From the NCBI GenBank assembly GCA_035553255.1, contig DATNDJ010000032.1, positions 1,353-65,352 on the forward strand: DNA of 64,000 nucleotides. The letters are read 5' to 3'. The position numbers were made by a program, and so were the translations under genes. Positions 37,139 through 46,647 of the stretch are shown here, in pieces. This DNA is from Candidatus Acidiferrales bacterium. Its GTDB lineage: Bacteria; Acidobacteriota; Terriglobia; Acidiferrales; UBA7541. The notes beneath the pieces are model-generated. The model was given only the letters and a program-made list of their open reading frames with translations. It made no database searches and was not told the origin of the DNA. Position 1 is the first letter of the stretch. Every line of letters begins with the position of its first letter.

Positions 37139-38758
37139 ATGAAGCGCGATCGCGAAAAGAGGCGCGATCCGCGCGAATCACAGCCCGCTGCCACAACTGG
37201 CCTACCGATGCCCGCCGTTGCCACACAGCACGACCTGCAAGGCACGGATGCGGAGCGCGATATCGGCTATCCGGGCCAATTTCCGTTTACCCGCGGGGCG
37301 TATCCCACCATGTACCGCGGTCGCCTATGGACCATGCGGCAGTACGCGGGCTATGGCACCGCCGCCGAATCGAACCGCCGGTTCCGCTATTTGCTGGGCC
37401 AGGGACAGAGCGGGCTCTCAGTGGCCTTCGACCTGCCCACGCAAATCGGCCTCGATTCCGACCACACCCTCGCCGCGGGCGAGGTGGGGAAATCCGGCGT
37501 CGCGATTGATTCGATTGATGACATGCGCGCGCTCTTCGAAGCCATACCGCTCGAGCGCGTCTCCACTTCGATGACCATCAACTCCACGGCCGCCATCCTG
37601 CTCGCGCTGTACGTCGCCGTGGCGAAGGAACAGGGCGCGAACCTCTCGCGCCTTTCCGGCACGGTGCAGAACGACATCCTGAAGGAATACATCGCGCGCG
37701 GCACTTATATTTATCCGTTGCGACCCGCCATTCGGATTGTCACCGATATTTTCGCGTGGTGCCGCGGCGAGCTGCCGAATTGGAACGCAATCTCCGTCTC
37801 CGGCTACCACATTCGCGAGGCCGGCGCCACCGACACGCAGGAGGTCGCCTTCACGCTGGCGAATGGAATTGCGTACGCCGAAGCGGCCGTGGCGGCGGGC
37901 TTGCCGGTGGACGAAATCGCGCCACAAATATCCTTCTTCTTCAACGCGCACAGCGAATTCCTGATGCAGATCGCGAAATTTCGCGCGGCGCGCCGGCTCT
38001 GGGCGCGCACCATGCGCGAGCGACTCGGCGCGCTCGACTCGCGCTCAATGACGCTGCGCTTTCACACGCAGACCGCGGGTTCGTCGCTCACCGCGCAGCA
38101 GCCGGAGAACAATCCTGTACGCGTCGCGTTGCAATGCCTGGCCGGGGTGCTGGGCGGATGCCAATCGCTGCACGCCAACGCACGCGATGAAGCGCTCGCG
38201 CTGCCCACCGAGGATGCCGCGCTGCTCGCGCTCCGCACGCAGCAAATCATTGCCCATGAAACCGGCGTGGCAAACACGATTGATCCCATCGCCGGCTCCT
38301 ACGCCATCGAGAAGCTGACGAACGAAATCGAAAGCGCCGCGGCCGCCTATATCTCGGGAATTGACGCGATGGGCGGAATGCTGCGCGCCATCGAAACCGG
38401 CTACGTCCAGCGTGAGATCCAGAAATCGGCGTACGAATACCAGCAGGCGATTGAGCGCGGCGAGCAGGTGATTGTCGGCGTAAACCGGTTCCAAGCCGAG
38501 GAGAAAACGCCCATCCCCACCCTGCGAATTGATCCGGAAATCGAACGCGCGCAGATCGAGCGGCTGAAGGCGATGCGCGCGCGGCGCAATGCCGAGGCTG
38601 CGCAAGCGACGCTTCGTGAAGTGGAACGCCGGGCGCATGGCGACGAGAATCTGCTGCCGGCGATTCTTGCCGCCGTCCAGGCCTGCGCCACCGTGGGCGA
38701 GATTTCAGACGCCCTGCGGCGCGCCTTCGGCGAATATCGCGAGTCCATCGTAATCTGA
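37139..38758 (+). CDS. Acyl-CoA (methylmalonyl/isobutyryl-CoA-type) mutase, catalytic TIM-barrel subunit without a B12-binding domain
   Basis: [63 protein letters not shown], and HTQTAG motifs of coenzyme-B12 mutases. The ORF ends before any DxHxxG domain. Confidence 0.85.
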   Translation: MKRDREKRRDPRESQPAATTGLPMPAVATQHDLQGTDAERDIGYPGQFPFTRGAYPTMYRGRLWTMRQYAGYGTAAESNRRFRYLLGQGQSGLSVAFDLPTQIGLDSDHTLAAGEVGKSGVAIDSIDDMRALFEAIPLERVSTSMTINSTAAILLALYVAVAKEQGANLSRLSGTVQNDILKEYIARGTYIYPLRPAIRIVTDIFAWCRGELPNWNAISVSGYHIREAGATDTQEVAFTLANGIAYAEAAVAAGLPVDEIAPQISFFFNAHSEFLMQIAKFRAARRLWARTMRERLGALDSRSMTLRFHTQTAGSSLTAQQPENNPVRVALQCLAGVLGGCQSLHANARDEALALPTEDAALLALRTQQIIAHETGVANTIDPIAGSYAIEKLTNEIESAAAAYISGIDAMGGMLRAIETGYVQREIQKSAYEYQQAIERGEQVIVGVNRFQAEEKTPIPTLRIDPEIERAQIERLKAMRARRNAEAAQATLREVERRAHGDENLLPAILAAVQACATVGEISDALRRAFGEYRESIVI

Positions 38759-38780
38759 ATCCGAGGGGTTAAGCCTCATC

Positions 38781-39374
38781 GTGCAGCGATCATTGCGAGC
38801 CACGCTGATTCTCGCGTCGCAGTCCCCGCGTCGAGCGGAAATCCTTCGCAACGCCGGTTACGAATTCGAAGTGCGCGCCGCGACGGTGGATGAAGCGCCA
38901 CTGCAAGACGAGCCCGCGGGCGATTATGTGCTGCGGCTCGCGCGCGCCAAAGCCCGAGCAGTGGCCGGCCGATTGGAGCGCGGCGCCGCCGAAGCCATCG
39001 TGATCGGCGCGGACACGATCGTGCTCGCCGACGGTCACATTCTGGGAAAACCCGCCGACATACAGGACGCGCGGCGCATGCTGCGCCTGCTGAGCGGCAC
39101 GACTCACGAAGTGATCACCGGAGTCGCGGCGATCGCGTGGCCTGCCAATCGGGAAACGACGTTGGCGGAGAGAACGCGCGTCACCTTTCGCCCGCTATCG
39201 GATTCCGATATCGAGGGCTACATCGCCACCGGCGAGCCTTTCGACAAGGCCGGTTCCTACGGCATCCAGGGCATCGGCGGCAGATTTATTCCTCGCATCG
39301 AAGGATGCTATTTCAACGTGATGGGCTTGCCGCTCGCCGCCCTCGCGGAAATGCTGCGCGGCGCGACGCGCTAA
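38781..39374 (+). CDS. maf: Maf-like nucleoside triphosphate pyrophosphatase
   Basis: LILASQSPRRAEIL, GADTIV, GKP, and KAGSYGIQG motifs. Confidence 0.85.
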   Translation: MQRSLRATLILASQSPRRAEILRNAGYEFEVRAATVDEAPLQDEPAGDYVLRLARAKARAVAGRLERGAAEAIVIGADTIVLADGHILGKPADIQDARRMLRLLSGTTHEVITGVAAIAWPANRETTLAERTRVTFRPLSDSDIEGYIATGEPFDKAGSYGIQGIGGRFIPRIEGCYFNVMGLPLAALAEMLRGATR

Positions 39375-39384
39375 TCGCGCGCCT

Positions 39385-40278
39385 TCACGCCGATTCACCG
39401 CTCGCGCGCTTGCCCGCCGCCTCGCGCGGGCGCATCAGCAGCAGGCTACGCTGCGCAAAGGGAACGTAGAGCAGCGCGGCCGTCGCGCCCAGAGCCAAGC
39501 CCATTCCGATTTGACGCGAGATTAAAAATGGCGCCAGCGCCCAGATCTCGTCCAGCGGAAAAACGAGCGGGAAAAGCTTCAAAAAACTGCGGCCCAGATT
39601 GCGATACCGAAATGCAGCCGCGGAAACAAGATACAGCCGCAATGGAATTCCGGCAGCCGCCGTCAGGATCAGCACAACCGATGCGACGCCGGCATGCGTC
39701 GTGAATGATGCGATAGACGCTTGCGCATCCCCGAAGCAGGCAAGCGCTGCGACGTAAAATCCCAGGTACATCGCCTGTATCACGGCAAAAAGCAGCCGAG
39801 TAAGGCCATGTGAAGCGCGCGGCAGATCATCCGCGGCGCTGAAGATCGCGCCAATTCCCACGCGCAATGCAGATGGCGCCTCGGAGCTTATGGTCGCTGG
39901 TGCGGCTGCGTCCGCTGCTACGGCCGGCGCGCCATGCGGCACCTCAACCGGTGCAATGAAGCGGTAGCCAATTCGCGGAAGCGTCTGAATGAATCGGGGA
40001 TTCGCAGCGGAATCGCCGAAGGCGCCGCGAAGCTTGTTAATCGCGGTGTTCAGGCCGTGGTCGAAATCCACAAACGTGTTCGCAGGCCAGATCGCCTGGC
40101 GCAACTCCTCGCGCGTGACCACCTCGCGCGGCCGATCCAGAAGCATCAGCAGCACCTGTAGCGGCTGTGCCTGAAGCCGCGATTGCAACTTGGCGTCTTT
40201 TCGCAGTTCGCCCGTCTCGGCGCTCAGTTCGTACACGCCGATGCGAAATAAGCGGGTTTCACCGCGCCCAGTCTCCAT
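39385..40278 (-). CDS. CadC/OmpR-type winged-helix transcriptional regulator fused to a membrane domain
   Basis: N-terminal trans_reg_C-like region (FRIGVYELSAETGELRKDAKLQSRLQAQPLQVLLMLL...VVTREEL...FDHGLNTAINKLR). Several TM helices follow. Confidence 0.7.
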   Translation of the reverse strand: METGRGETRLFRIGVYELSAETGELRKDAKLQSRLQAQPLQVLLMLLDRPREVVTREELRQAIWPANTFVDFDHGLNTAINKLRGAFGDSAANPRFIQTLPRIGYRFIAPVEVPHGAPAVAADAAAPATISSEAPSALRVGIGAIFSAADDLPRASHGLTRLLFAVIQAMYLGFYVAALACFGDAQASIASFTTHAGVASVVLILTAAAGIPLRLYLVSAAAFRYRNLGRSFLKLFPLVFPLDEIWALAPFLISRQIGMGLALGATAALLYVPFAQRSLLLMRPREAAGKRASGESA

Positions 40279-40455
40279 GCGCCCCCTGCCGCCGAACCGC
40301 CGCAGCGAGCGCCATTGTAATGCCAGGTGAGAACTTTCCGTAAGACCCGCCGCCTCAGCAGCTTACTGAACGAGGCGCGCCCGCCGCAGAAATGATATCC
40401 GGTGCATTGCGCCCGCCGCGGCTTTCGGGCATTTCGGATGGCGGAGCGCAAATCC

Positions 40456-41307
40456 ATGAACCGATCTTCAAGCCACCGGCTCGCGGCCGCTATCGCAATG
40501 GCGATGGCATGCATCGCGATTCCGGCGCGACCAGCCTCCGCAGCCCAGCTATCGTCCGCAACCGCGCACGCCTATGACGGTTACATTCGGGCGGCCGAAT
40601 CGCGAATGCAGGGCGATTACGCGTTGCAAGGCGCATTCCTCTGGCCCGACGCGCACCCTCAGTCGCTGGCCCAACGTGGCGCGCTCGCAAAGGGGCAGGT
40701 GCTCATCACGTGCGTCGCAGGATGCGATTCGGGCGGTGTGCCCGTTTCCGGAGGGCTGATCCACGATTGGCTCGGGATAACTTTCGTTCCGGGCATTTCG
40801 CTGCCGCAGGCGCTGGCCGTGGTCCAGGATTACGACCACGCGAAAGATCACTATGCGCCCGGCGTCACCGCGAGCCGGCTGATCTCCCATTCCGGCGACC
40901 GCTGGAAGGTGTTCCTGCGCCTTAAGCAGACCGGCGTGCTGACCGTCGTCTTCGACACCGAATACGACATTCGCTACGCAAATTTGGACGCGCTGCGCGT
41001 GTATAGCGTCTCCCACAGCACGCGGATAGCGCGGGTGGAAGACGCAGGCAAACCGCGGGAACGCGAATTGCCGCCTGGCAAAGATCAGGGATTTTTATGG
41101 CGGCTGGATAGCTACTGGCGGTTCGAGCAAGTGGATGGCGGCGTTTACATCCAGTGCGAGGCCATCTCGCTGACCCGCGACGTCCCCGCCGGCCTCGGCT
41201 GGCTGGTGAAGCCGTTCCTCAAGGATATTCCGCGTAATTCCCTGCAATTCACGCTCGCCGCCACGCGCAAGGCGCTTTTGTCCAAGGCCGCAGGGGCCCG
41301 GCCGTGA
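40456..41307 (+). CDS. Secreted hypothetical protein
   Basis: From ATG 40456: signal peptide MNRSSSHRLAAAIAMAMACIAIPARPASA. No motif recognised. Confidence 0.5.
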   Translation: MNRSSSHRLAAAIAMAMACIAIPARPASAAQLSSATAHAYDGYIRAAESRMQGDYALQGAFLWPDAHPQSLAQRGALAKGQVLITCVAGCDSGGVPVSGGLIHDWLGITFVPGISLPQALAVVQDYDHAKDHYAPGVTASRLISHSGDRWKVFLRLKQTGVLTVVFDTEYDIRYANLDALRVYSVSHSTRIARVEDAGKPRERELPPGKDQGFLWRLDSYWRFEQVDGGVYIQCEAISLTRDVPAGLGWLVKPFLKDIPRNSLQFTLAATRKALLSKAAGARP

Positions 41308-41338
41308 CGTCGCAATCCCAAAAAGGAGGATTGAGAAT

Positions 41339-42130
41339 ATGGCAGCGAACCAGATGTCGCTCACGATGCATCAGCACGAGTCCGCCAGCAAACTCAAAAA
41401 GGGAACTTCACCCGAACACGGATTTCATTCCGCCGTGCGAATTCAGGAGAGCCTCACGGCAAAGATCGAGAAGAAGGTGCTGTTGTGGTCCGCGGCGCGG
41501 CTGCCGCTCTGGGTCAGCTCGGACCAACTGACGTGCCTCGGCTTTGCGGCGATGATCCTGGGCTGCGCGAGCTACTTTCTCGCGCGATGGTATCGCTCCG
41601 GATTTCTGCTGGCGACGCTGAGCCTGGCGTTGAATTGGTTTGGGGATAGCCTCGATGGAACCGTGGCCCGCGTGCGCAACCGGCAGCGCCCGCGATACGG
41701 CTTTTACGTGGATCACGTAATTGATTCGATCGGCGCGGCGCTGCTCATGGGCGGTCTGGCCGCTTCCGGTTGCCTCGACTGGAGAATCGCTGCGGCTATG
41801 CTCGTGGGGTTTCTGCTGCTTTCGATCGAAAGCTATCTGGCGACGTATGCCCTCGGGTCGTTCCGGATGTCGTTCTGGAGATTCGGGCCCACGGAGATAC
41901 GCATCCTCCTCGGCCTCGGCAACCTTGTGCTCTGGTTCAATCCCCGCGCCGCCGCGTTCGGATCGTATCGGCTGTTCGACGTTGCTGGGACCATTGCGGC
42001 AGCCGGCATGCTCGCGATGTTTCTCGTGGCAGCCACGCGGCACACACTCCAACTCTATCGCGAGGAAACCTCTTGGCGGAGGCAAAAAGGCGCGCGGGGA
42101 ACCTGCGAACCGCGGAACGGACAAGAATGA
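41339..42130 (+). CDS. CDP-alcohol phosphatidyltransferase family protein
   Basis: Signature D-x2-DG-x2-AR-x8-G-x3-D-x3-D is present as DSLDGTVARVRNRQRPRYGFYVDHVIDSIG. The protein is polytopic. Confidence 0.8.
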   Translation: MAANQMSLTMHQHESASKLKKGTSPEHGFHSAVRIQESLTAKIEKKVLLWSAARLPLWVSSDQLTCLGFAAMILGCASYFLARWYRSGFLLATLSLALNWFGDSLDGTVARVRNRQRPRYGFYVDHVIDSIGAALLMGGLAASGCLDWRIAAAMLVGFLLLSIESYLATYALGSFRMSFWRFGPTEIRILLGLGNLVLWFNPRAAAFGSYRLFDVAGTIAAAGMLAMFLVAATRHTLQLYREETSWRRQKGARGTCEPRNGQE

Positions 42131-42146
42131 GCTCGGGAGCCTGCCC

Positions 42147-42170
42147 GCAAGGCGGAGCGAGCCGCCTTGC
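42147..42170. terminator. GC-rich hairpin between convergent genes (possible bidirectional terminator, no U-tract)
   Basis: GCAAGGCGG-agcgag-CCGCCTTGC is a 9-bp perfect stem. It lies between the stop of the phosphatidyltransferase gene (42130) and the stop of tatA (42199). Confidence 0.35.
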
Positions 42171-42198
42171 GCAAACATGGTGATCCGTCGAAGAGCCG

Positions 42199-42411
42199 TT
42201 ACTTCGGCTGTTCGGCCGAAGTCGCTGCGGGCTGGCTTACGGTCGTCGAAGCCGGCGGATTCACGGGAGGCTGCTCGCGCATGCCTTCCTTGAACTCACG
42301 GATGCCCTGGCCGAGACCGCGCATCATCTCGGGAATTTTGCGTCCTCCGAAGAGGACCAGGATGACAACCGCGATAATCAACAAATGCATCGGGCTGTCG
42401 AACATAGACAC
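42199..42411 (-). CDS. tatA: Twin-arginine translocase subunit TatA/E
   Basis: MHLLIIAVVILVLFGGRKIPEMMRGLGQGIREFKEGM shows the canonical TM helix, FG hinge and amphipathic helix. Confidence 0.9.
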   Translation of the reverse strand: MSMFDSPMHLLIIAVVILVLFGGRKIPEMMRGLGQGIREFKEGMREQPPVNPPASTTVSQPAATSAEQPK

Positions 42412-42469
42412 CTACCTTTCAGCCCAGGCCCACGCCCGAGCCGCTGCCGAAGTCTGGCCTTCGGAACGC

Positions 42470-44377
42470 CTAGAGTATAACACGCTCGTCGCCCACGCGG
42501 CGGGTTACCTGCTCCCGGTCCAGGTATTCGAGCAAGGGAATCGCGTATTTGCGGGTAATGCCGGTCAGCCGCTTAAATTCGGGGATCGGCAGTCGGCTGC
42601 CGCGCTCCCGCCGATGCGCCGCGAGCAGTTCGCGCAGGTGCGCCAGGGCGGTCCGGTGGAAAATCAGGTCGGCTGAAACCTTTACCAGGATGCCTTCGCG
42701 CAGAAGAATCTGAAGAATCTTCTCCGCGCGCGCGGATTCCACGGGTAGTTTCGAGAGTACGTCGCCGACGCTCGGCGCGGTCAGACCCGAGCGCTCGAAT
42801 TCGCGCTCGATCAAGTCTTTGGCCTGCGATTCCTGCGGCGAAAGCGAGATGGTTCTTTTCGCGCGGTATACCATGTCGCCCGAGACGGCCAGGATTCCGG
42901 CACTGGCGAGGTCGCGGAGCGCGGCTTCCAAGATTTCCGGCGACACCTTCGGTACGCGGCCGCGCAGGTCCTGCCGGGCAATGCCGGGCAGCAATGGGTT
43001 CGCGCGGTGGAATTCATCCACCGCAGCCTGAAGCGCCCCAGCGCAACTGGCGACGCTTTCCTCCAATGCGATCATCCACGGCTGCTGAGCCAGAACGCGC
43101 AACCGTCGCTGCGCCGCGAGCTGCGCCGCAACGGCTCGGATTTCGGGCTCGGTCCACCCGCTAGTCGCGACGAGCTCGCGAGCTTCGAGCCCATTCGCTG
43201 GGTTGCGACCCGCAATCGAGGCGAGCACCTCCTCGCGGCTGCCCGATTCCATGGTCCGAAGATACTTGAGCACCCGCGGGTCCGCAGTTTTGTGGCGCTG
43301 CGCCAGCGCATCAAGCACAGTCCCGCCGCCGATGGTCACGACGGGGGAAAACTGCCGGAGAATGAAGCGATCCCCAGGAAGCACCAGGAGCTCGCGGTCG
43401 AGCTTGAGCTGCACAAGCGCCGAGCCGCCGGGCGCTATCTCCTGACTTTCGAGCAGCACGATTTCGGCGGTGGCTTCGGCTGTACCCTGATGAAAATGAA
43501 CGCGCGCGCGGCCCTTCAGCGGCCTCGCCGAGCGTAGGAGCGAGATGCGGGCGTCCAAGCGCCGCGTGGCTTCGAATACCCCTAGCGGCGCGAGCACCAT
43601 GCCGCGCTCGATTTCCGCGTGTTCGATGCCGGCCAGATTGACGGCCGTGCGCTGCCCAGCTACAGCCTGGCGAAGCGGGCTGCCGCCGGAGTGCAGGCCG
43701 CGAACCCGCACCCGGCGGCGCGCTGGATAGAGTTCGACTTCATCTTCAGGCTGAATCGCGCCGGAGAGCAGCGTGCCTGTCACGACGGCGCCGAAGCCCC
43801 GCATGGTGAAAGCGCGGTCAATGGGCAGGCGAAAATGGCGCGAGGTATCGCGCGAGGGCACAGACTGCGCAGCGCGAAGCAGTTCCTGGCGCAGCGTGGC
43901 AAGCCCTTCGCCCGTTCGCGCGCTCACCGGGACGAGCGGTGCGGCTTCGAGGAAGGAGCCGCGCAAATAGTCCTCGACTTCGAGGCGGACGAGCGCGAGC
44001 GCGCCGGCGTCCGCCAAATCGCATTTGGTGAGGGCGACGATGCCGCGGGGAATGCCGAGGAGGCGGCATATATCGAAGTGTTCGCGTGTTTGGGGCTTGA
44101 TGCCCTCGTCCGCGGCGATGACGAGTAACAGGAGGTCGATGCCGCCGACGCCGGCGAGCATATTGCGGACGAAGCGTTCATGGCCGGGGACGTCGACAAA
44201 GGCGATGCGGCCTGCGCCAAGGTCGAGGAAGGCGAAGCCGAGGTCAATGGTGATGCCGCGACGCTTTTCCTCTTCGAGGCGATCGGGATCTGTGCCGGTG
44301 AGGGCTTCGACCAGGGTGGATTTGCCGTGGTCAATGTGACCGGCGGTGCCGACGACGACGTGCTTTGCGGAGTCCAT
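42470..44377 (-). CDS. selB: Selenocysteine-specific elongation factor SelB
   Basis: GTPase G1-G4 (GTAGHIDHGKSTL, DVPGHERF, TKCD). EF-Tu-like domains II/III and a long winged-helix C-terminal extension (635 aa), typical of bacterial SelB. Confidence 0.85.
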   Translation of the reverse strand: MDSAKHVVVGTAGHIDHGKSTLVEALTGTDPDRLEEEKRRGITIDLGFAFLDLGAGRIAFVDVPGHERFVRNMLAGVGGIDLLLLVIAADEGIKPQTREHFDICRLLGIPRGIVALTKCDLADAGALALVRLEVEDYLRGSFLEAAPLVPVSARTGEGLATLRQELLRAAQSVPSRDTSRHFRLPIDRAFTMRGFGAVVTGTLLSGAIQPEDEVELYPARRRVRVRGLHSGGSPLRQAVAGQRTAVNLAGIEHAEIERGMVLAPLGVFEATRRLDARISLLRSARPLKGRARVHFHQGTAEATAEIVLLESQEIAPGGSALVQLKLDRELLVLPGDRFILRQFSPVVTIGGGTVLDALAQRHKTADPRVLKYLRTMESGSREEVLASIAGRNPANGLEARELVATSGWTEPEIRAVAAQLAAQRRLRVLAQQPWMIALEESVASCAGALQAAVDEFHRANPLLPGIARQDLRGRVPKVSPEILEAALRDLASAGILAVSGDMVYRAKRTISLSPQESQAKDLIEREFERSGLTAPSVGDVLSKLPVESARAEKILQILLREGILVKVSADLIFHRTALAHLRELLAAHRRERGSRLPIPEFKRLTGITRKYAIPLLEYLDREQVTRRVGDERVIL

Positions 44378-44378
44378 T

Positions 44379-44457
44379 TACCGTAGATTAGAAAATGTCA
44401 ACCACTTCATTCTAAACGACTTACGGAGATTTCTAATCCCCGTACCGTAGATTAGAA
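44379..44457. repeat. AT-rich ddl-selB spacer carrying a 15-bp direct repeat plus inverted half-sites
   Basis: TACCGTAGATTAGAA occurs at 44379-44393 and again at 44443-44457. The inverse TTCTAATC is at 44431-44438 and a degenerate TTCTAAAC at 44410-44417. Confidence 0.7.
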
Positions 44458-44459
44458 CC

Positions 44460-45593
44460 TCACGATTCCAAGGCTCCGGCGGCGCCGGCCGGGAGCTCAA
44501 TCGAATATTTGGTGCGCGCCTTTTCGCGGTGCAGCTCGAGGGCGAGCTCGATAAGGCGGTCAATCAGCTTGGGGTACGGCAGGCCAGAGGCCTCCCAGAG
44601 CTTGGGATACATGCTGATCGAGGTGAAGCCGGGAATCGTGTTCAGCTCGTTGATGAAGATTTTGCCGGTGGGGCGCTCAAGGAAGAAATCGCAGCGGGCC
44701 ATGCCGGTGCCGTCAATCGCGCGAAAGGCCTTCACGGCGCACTCCTGGAAAGTGCGGACCTGTTTTTTGGAGAGCGGTGCGGGAATGACGAGCCGGGTGC
44801 CCTGCTCGAGGTATTTCGCGGCGTAATCATAAAATTCGCGATGGGGAACGATTTCGCCGGGAATGGAGGCGCGAACGTCGTCGTTGCCGAGCACGGAGAC
44901 TTCGATTTCGCGGGCGGAGACGGCGCGTTCAACGATGATCTTCAGGGCGAATTCGGCGGCGGTATCCATTGCCGCCGGCAAGTCTCGTGCGGTACCCACG
45001 CGCGTCATGCCGACAGACGAGCCGAGCGTGGCCGGCTTGACGAAGAGGGGAAAACGGATTTTGCGCTTGATGAGCTTGAGGACTTCGGCGCGGTTGCGCT
45101 CCCATTCGGCGCGGCGGACGGCGACGAAGGGCACGATGGGCAAACCCGCGTCGTCGAAGAGGCGCTTTTGCACGTCCTTATCCATGCCTACGGCGGAGGC
45201 AAGGACGCCTGTGCCTACGTAAGGAAGCCCGGCCAATTCGAGCAGGCCCTGCACCGTGCCATCTTCGCCGAACGTGCCGTGGAGGACGGGGAAAACCACG
45301 TCAATCTTGACGGACGTGCGACCTTCGGCTGGGGAAAGTGGAACCAGGGCCGCGGCGCTTGGGTCTGGCGGGAGGACAACGCGTTCGCCGGAGCGGAGGA
45401 CATCCGGCAGCATTTTTGCGGCGCCGGTGCCGATGAGCCAGCGGCCGTCCTTCGAGATGCCGATGGGAACGGCCTCATACTTTTCGGGGTCGAGTGCGCG
45501 AAGGACGGAGGCGGCAGAAGCGAGCGAAACCTCGTGCTCGCCTGAGCGGCCGCCGAAGAGCACGCCGACGCGCAAACGCTTGATTTCAGCCAT
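44460..45593 (-). CDS. ddl: D-alanine--D-alanine ligase
   Basis: From ATG 45593: MAEIKRLRVGVLFGGRSGEHEVSLASAASV...PVLHGTFGEDGTVQGLLE...NELNTIPGFT. The ORF-track start at 45623 is also possible. Confidence 0.9.
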   Translation of the reverse strand: MAEIKRLRVGVLFGGRSGEHEVSLASAASVLRALDPEKYEAVPIGISKDGRWLIGTGAAKMLPDVLRSGERVVLPPDPSAAALVPLSPAEGRTSVKIDVVFPVLHGTFGEDGTVQGLLELAGLPYVGTGVLASAVGMDKDVQKRLFDDAGLPIVPFVAVRRAEWERNRAEVLKLIKRKIRFPLFVKPATLGSSVGMTRVGTARDLPAAMDTAAEFALKIIVERAVSAREIEVSVLGNDDVRASIPGEIVPHREFYDYAAKYLEQGTRLVIPAPLSKKQVRTFQECAVKAFRAIDGTGMARCDFFLERPTGKIFINELNTIPGFTSISMYPKLWEASGLPYPKLIDRLIELALELHREKARTKYSIELPAGAAGALES

Positions 45594-45632
45594 TGGCCCG
45601 CCCGTGCCGCGAAGGATGTCCATTGAACATGC

Positions 45633-46544
45633 TCACAGAATCTTCTTTCCCAAGCCGGAGAGGATCAGTTCGACTCCCAGAGTTGCGGTGGTGTTGTGCA
45701 GATCAATTACCGGATTGATTTCCACCAGCTCGAAGGAGACCATCGAGCGGCTATCCGCGATCATTTCGAGCGCAAGGTGTGCTTCGCGGTAGGTGGCGCC
45801 GCCGCGGACGGGTGTGCCCACGCCCGGCGCGTCGGTAGGATCCACGAAGTCCATATCGAGGCTGACGGCGACTCCGGCGGCATCGTCGCCCGCGAAGCGA
45901 AGGGCCTCGGCCATAACCTCGCGCATGCCGCGCTCGTCCACGTCGCGCATGGTGAAGATGTGGACGCCGGAATCCTTCACGAGGCGTCGCTCCTTGGAAT
46001 CGAGTTCGCGGACGCCGACCAGGGCGACATTGCGCGGTTCGATCATGGGCTTAATGCCGGCGAGCTGGGTCAATTCCGGGGCGCCGTAGCCCATGATGGA
46101 GGCGAGCGGCATGCCGTGGACATTGCCGGAGGGCGAGCTTTCGGGCGTGTTCATATCGCCGTGCGCATCGAGCCAGATCATGCCGATACGCTTCGATTTT
46201 TTTTGAAAGTGCGCGGCGGCACCGGCGGCGGTGCCGGCAGCAATGGAATGATCGCCGCCGAGAACGAGCGGGAGCAGGTCTTCGTCGAGAGTCTTGCGGA
46301 CCATCTCGGAAAGGCCCTGGCAAGTTTCGGCGATTTCGCCGAGGTATTTTGCGTTCTTCTCGCCATAGTGCTGCTCTTCGGGCTGCTTGACGTGGATATT
46401 GCCGATGTCCTCGACCTGGCGGCCAAGCTGCTTGAGGCGCGATTGGAGGCCGGCGACGCGCAGGGCGGACGGGCCCATATCCACACCGCGGCGGCTTGCG
46501 CCGAGGTCCATTGGAACGCCGATGATGCGGATTTTTTCGGCCAT
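45633..46544 (-). CDS. rocF: Arginase (ureohydrolase family)
   Basis: IRIIGVPMDLGASRRGVDMGPSALRVAGL N-terminus. Mn-binding motifs GGDHSIA, DAHGDMNT, SLDMDFVDP. Confidence 0.85.
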   Translation of the reverse strand: MAEKIRIIGVPMDLGASRRGVDMGPSALRVAGLQSRLKQLGRQVEDIGNIHVKQPEEQHYGEKNAKYLGEIAETCQGLSEMVRKTLDEDLLPLVLGGDHSIAAGTAAGAAAHFQKKSKRIGMIWLDAHGDMNTPESSPSGNVHGMPLASIMGYGAPELTQLAGIKPMIEPRNVALVGVRELDSKERRLVKDSGVHIFTMRDVDERGMREVMAEALRFAGDDAAGVAVSLDMDFVDPTDAPGVGTPVRGGATYREAHLALEMIADSRSMVSFELVEINPVIDLHNTTATLGVELILSGLGKKIL

Positions 46545-46647
46545 TGTTTTGTGCGTCTCGTTGTGAGCGACGAGGCTGTTCGCCTTGCTTGAGCGGCCGA
46601 GTCGCGATCCACTGCCTGGTCTTCCGATAACTAGAACCGACGACCGC

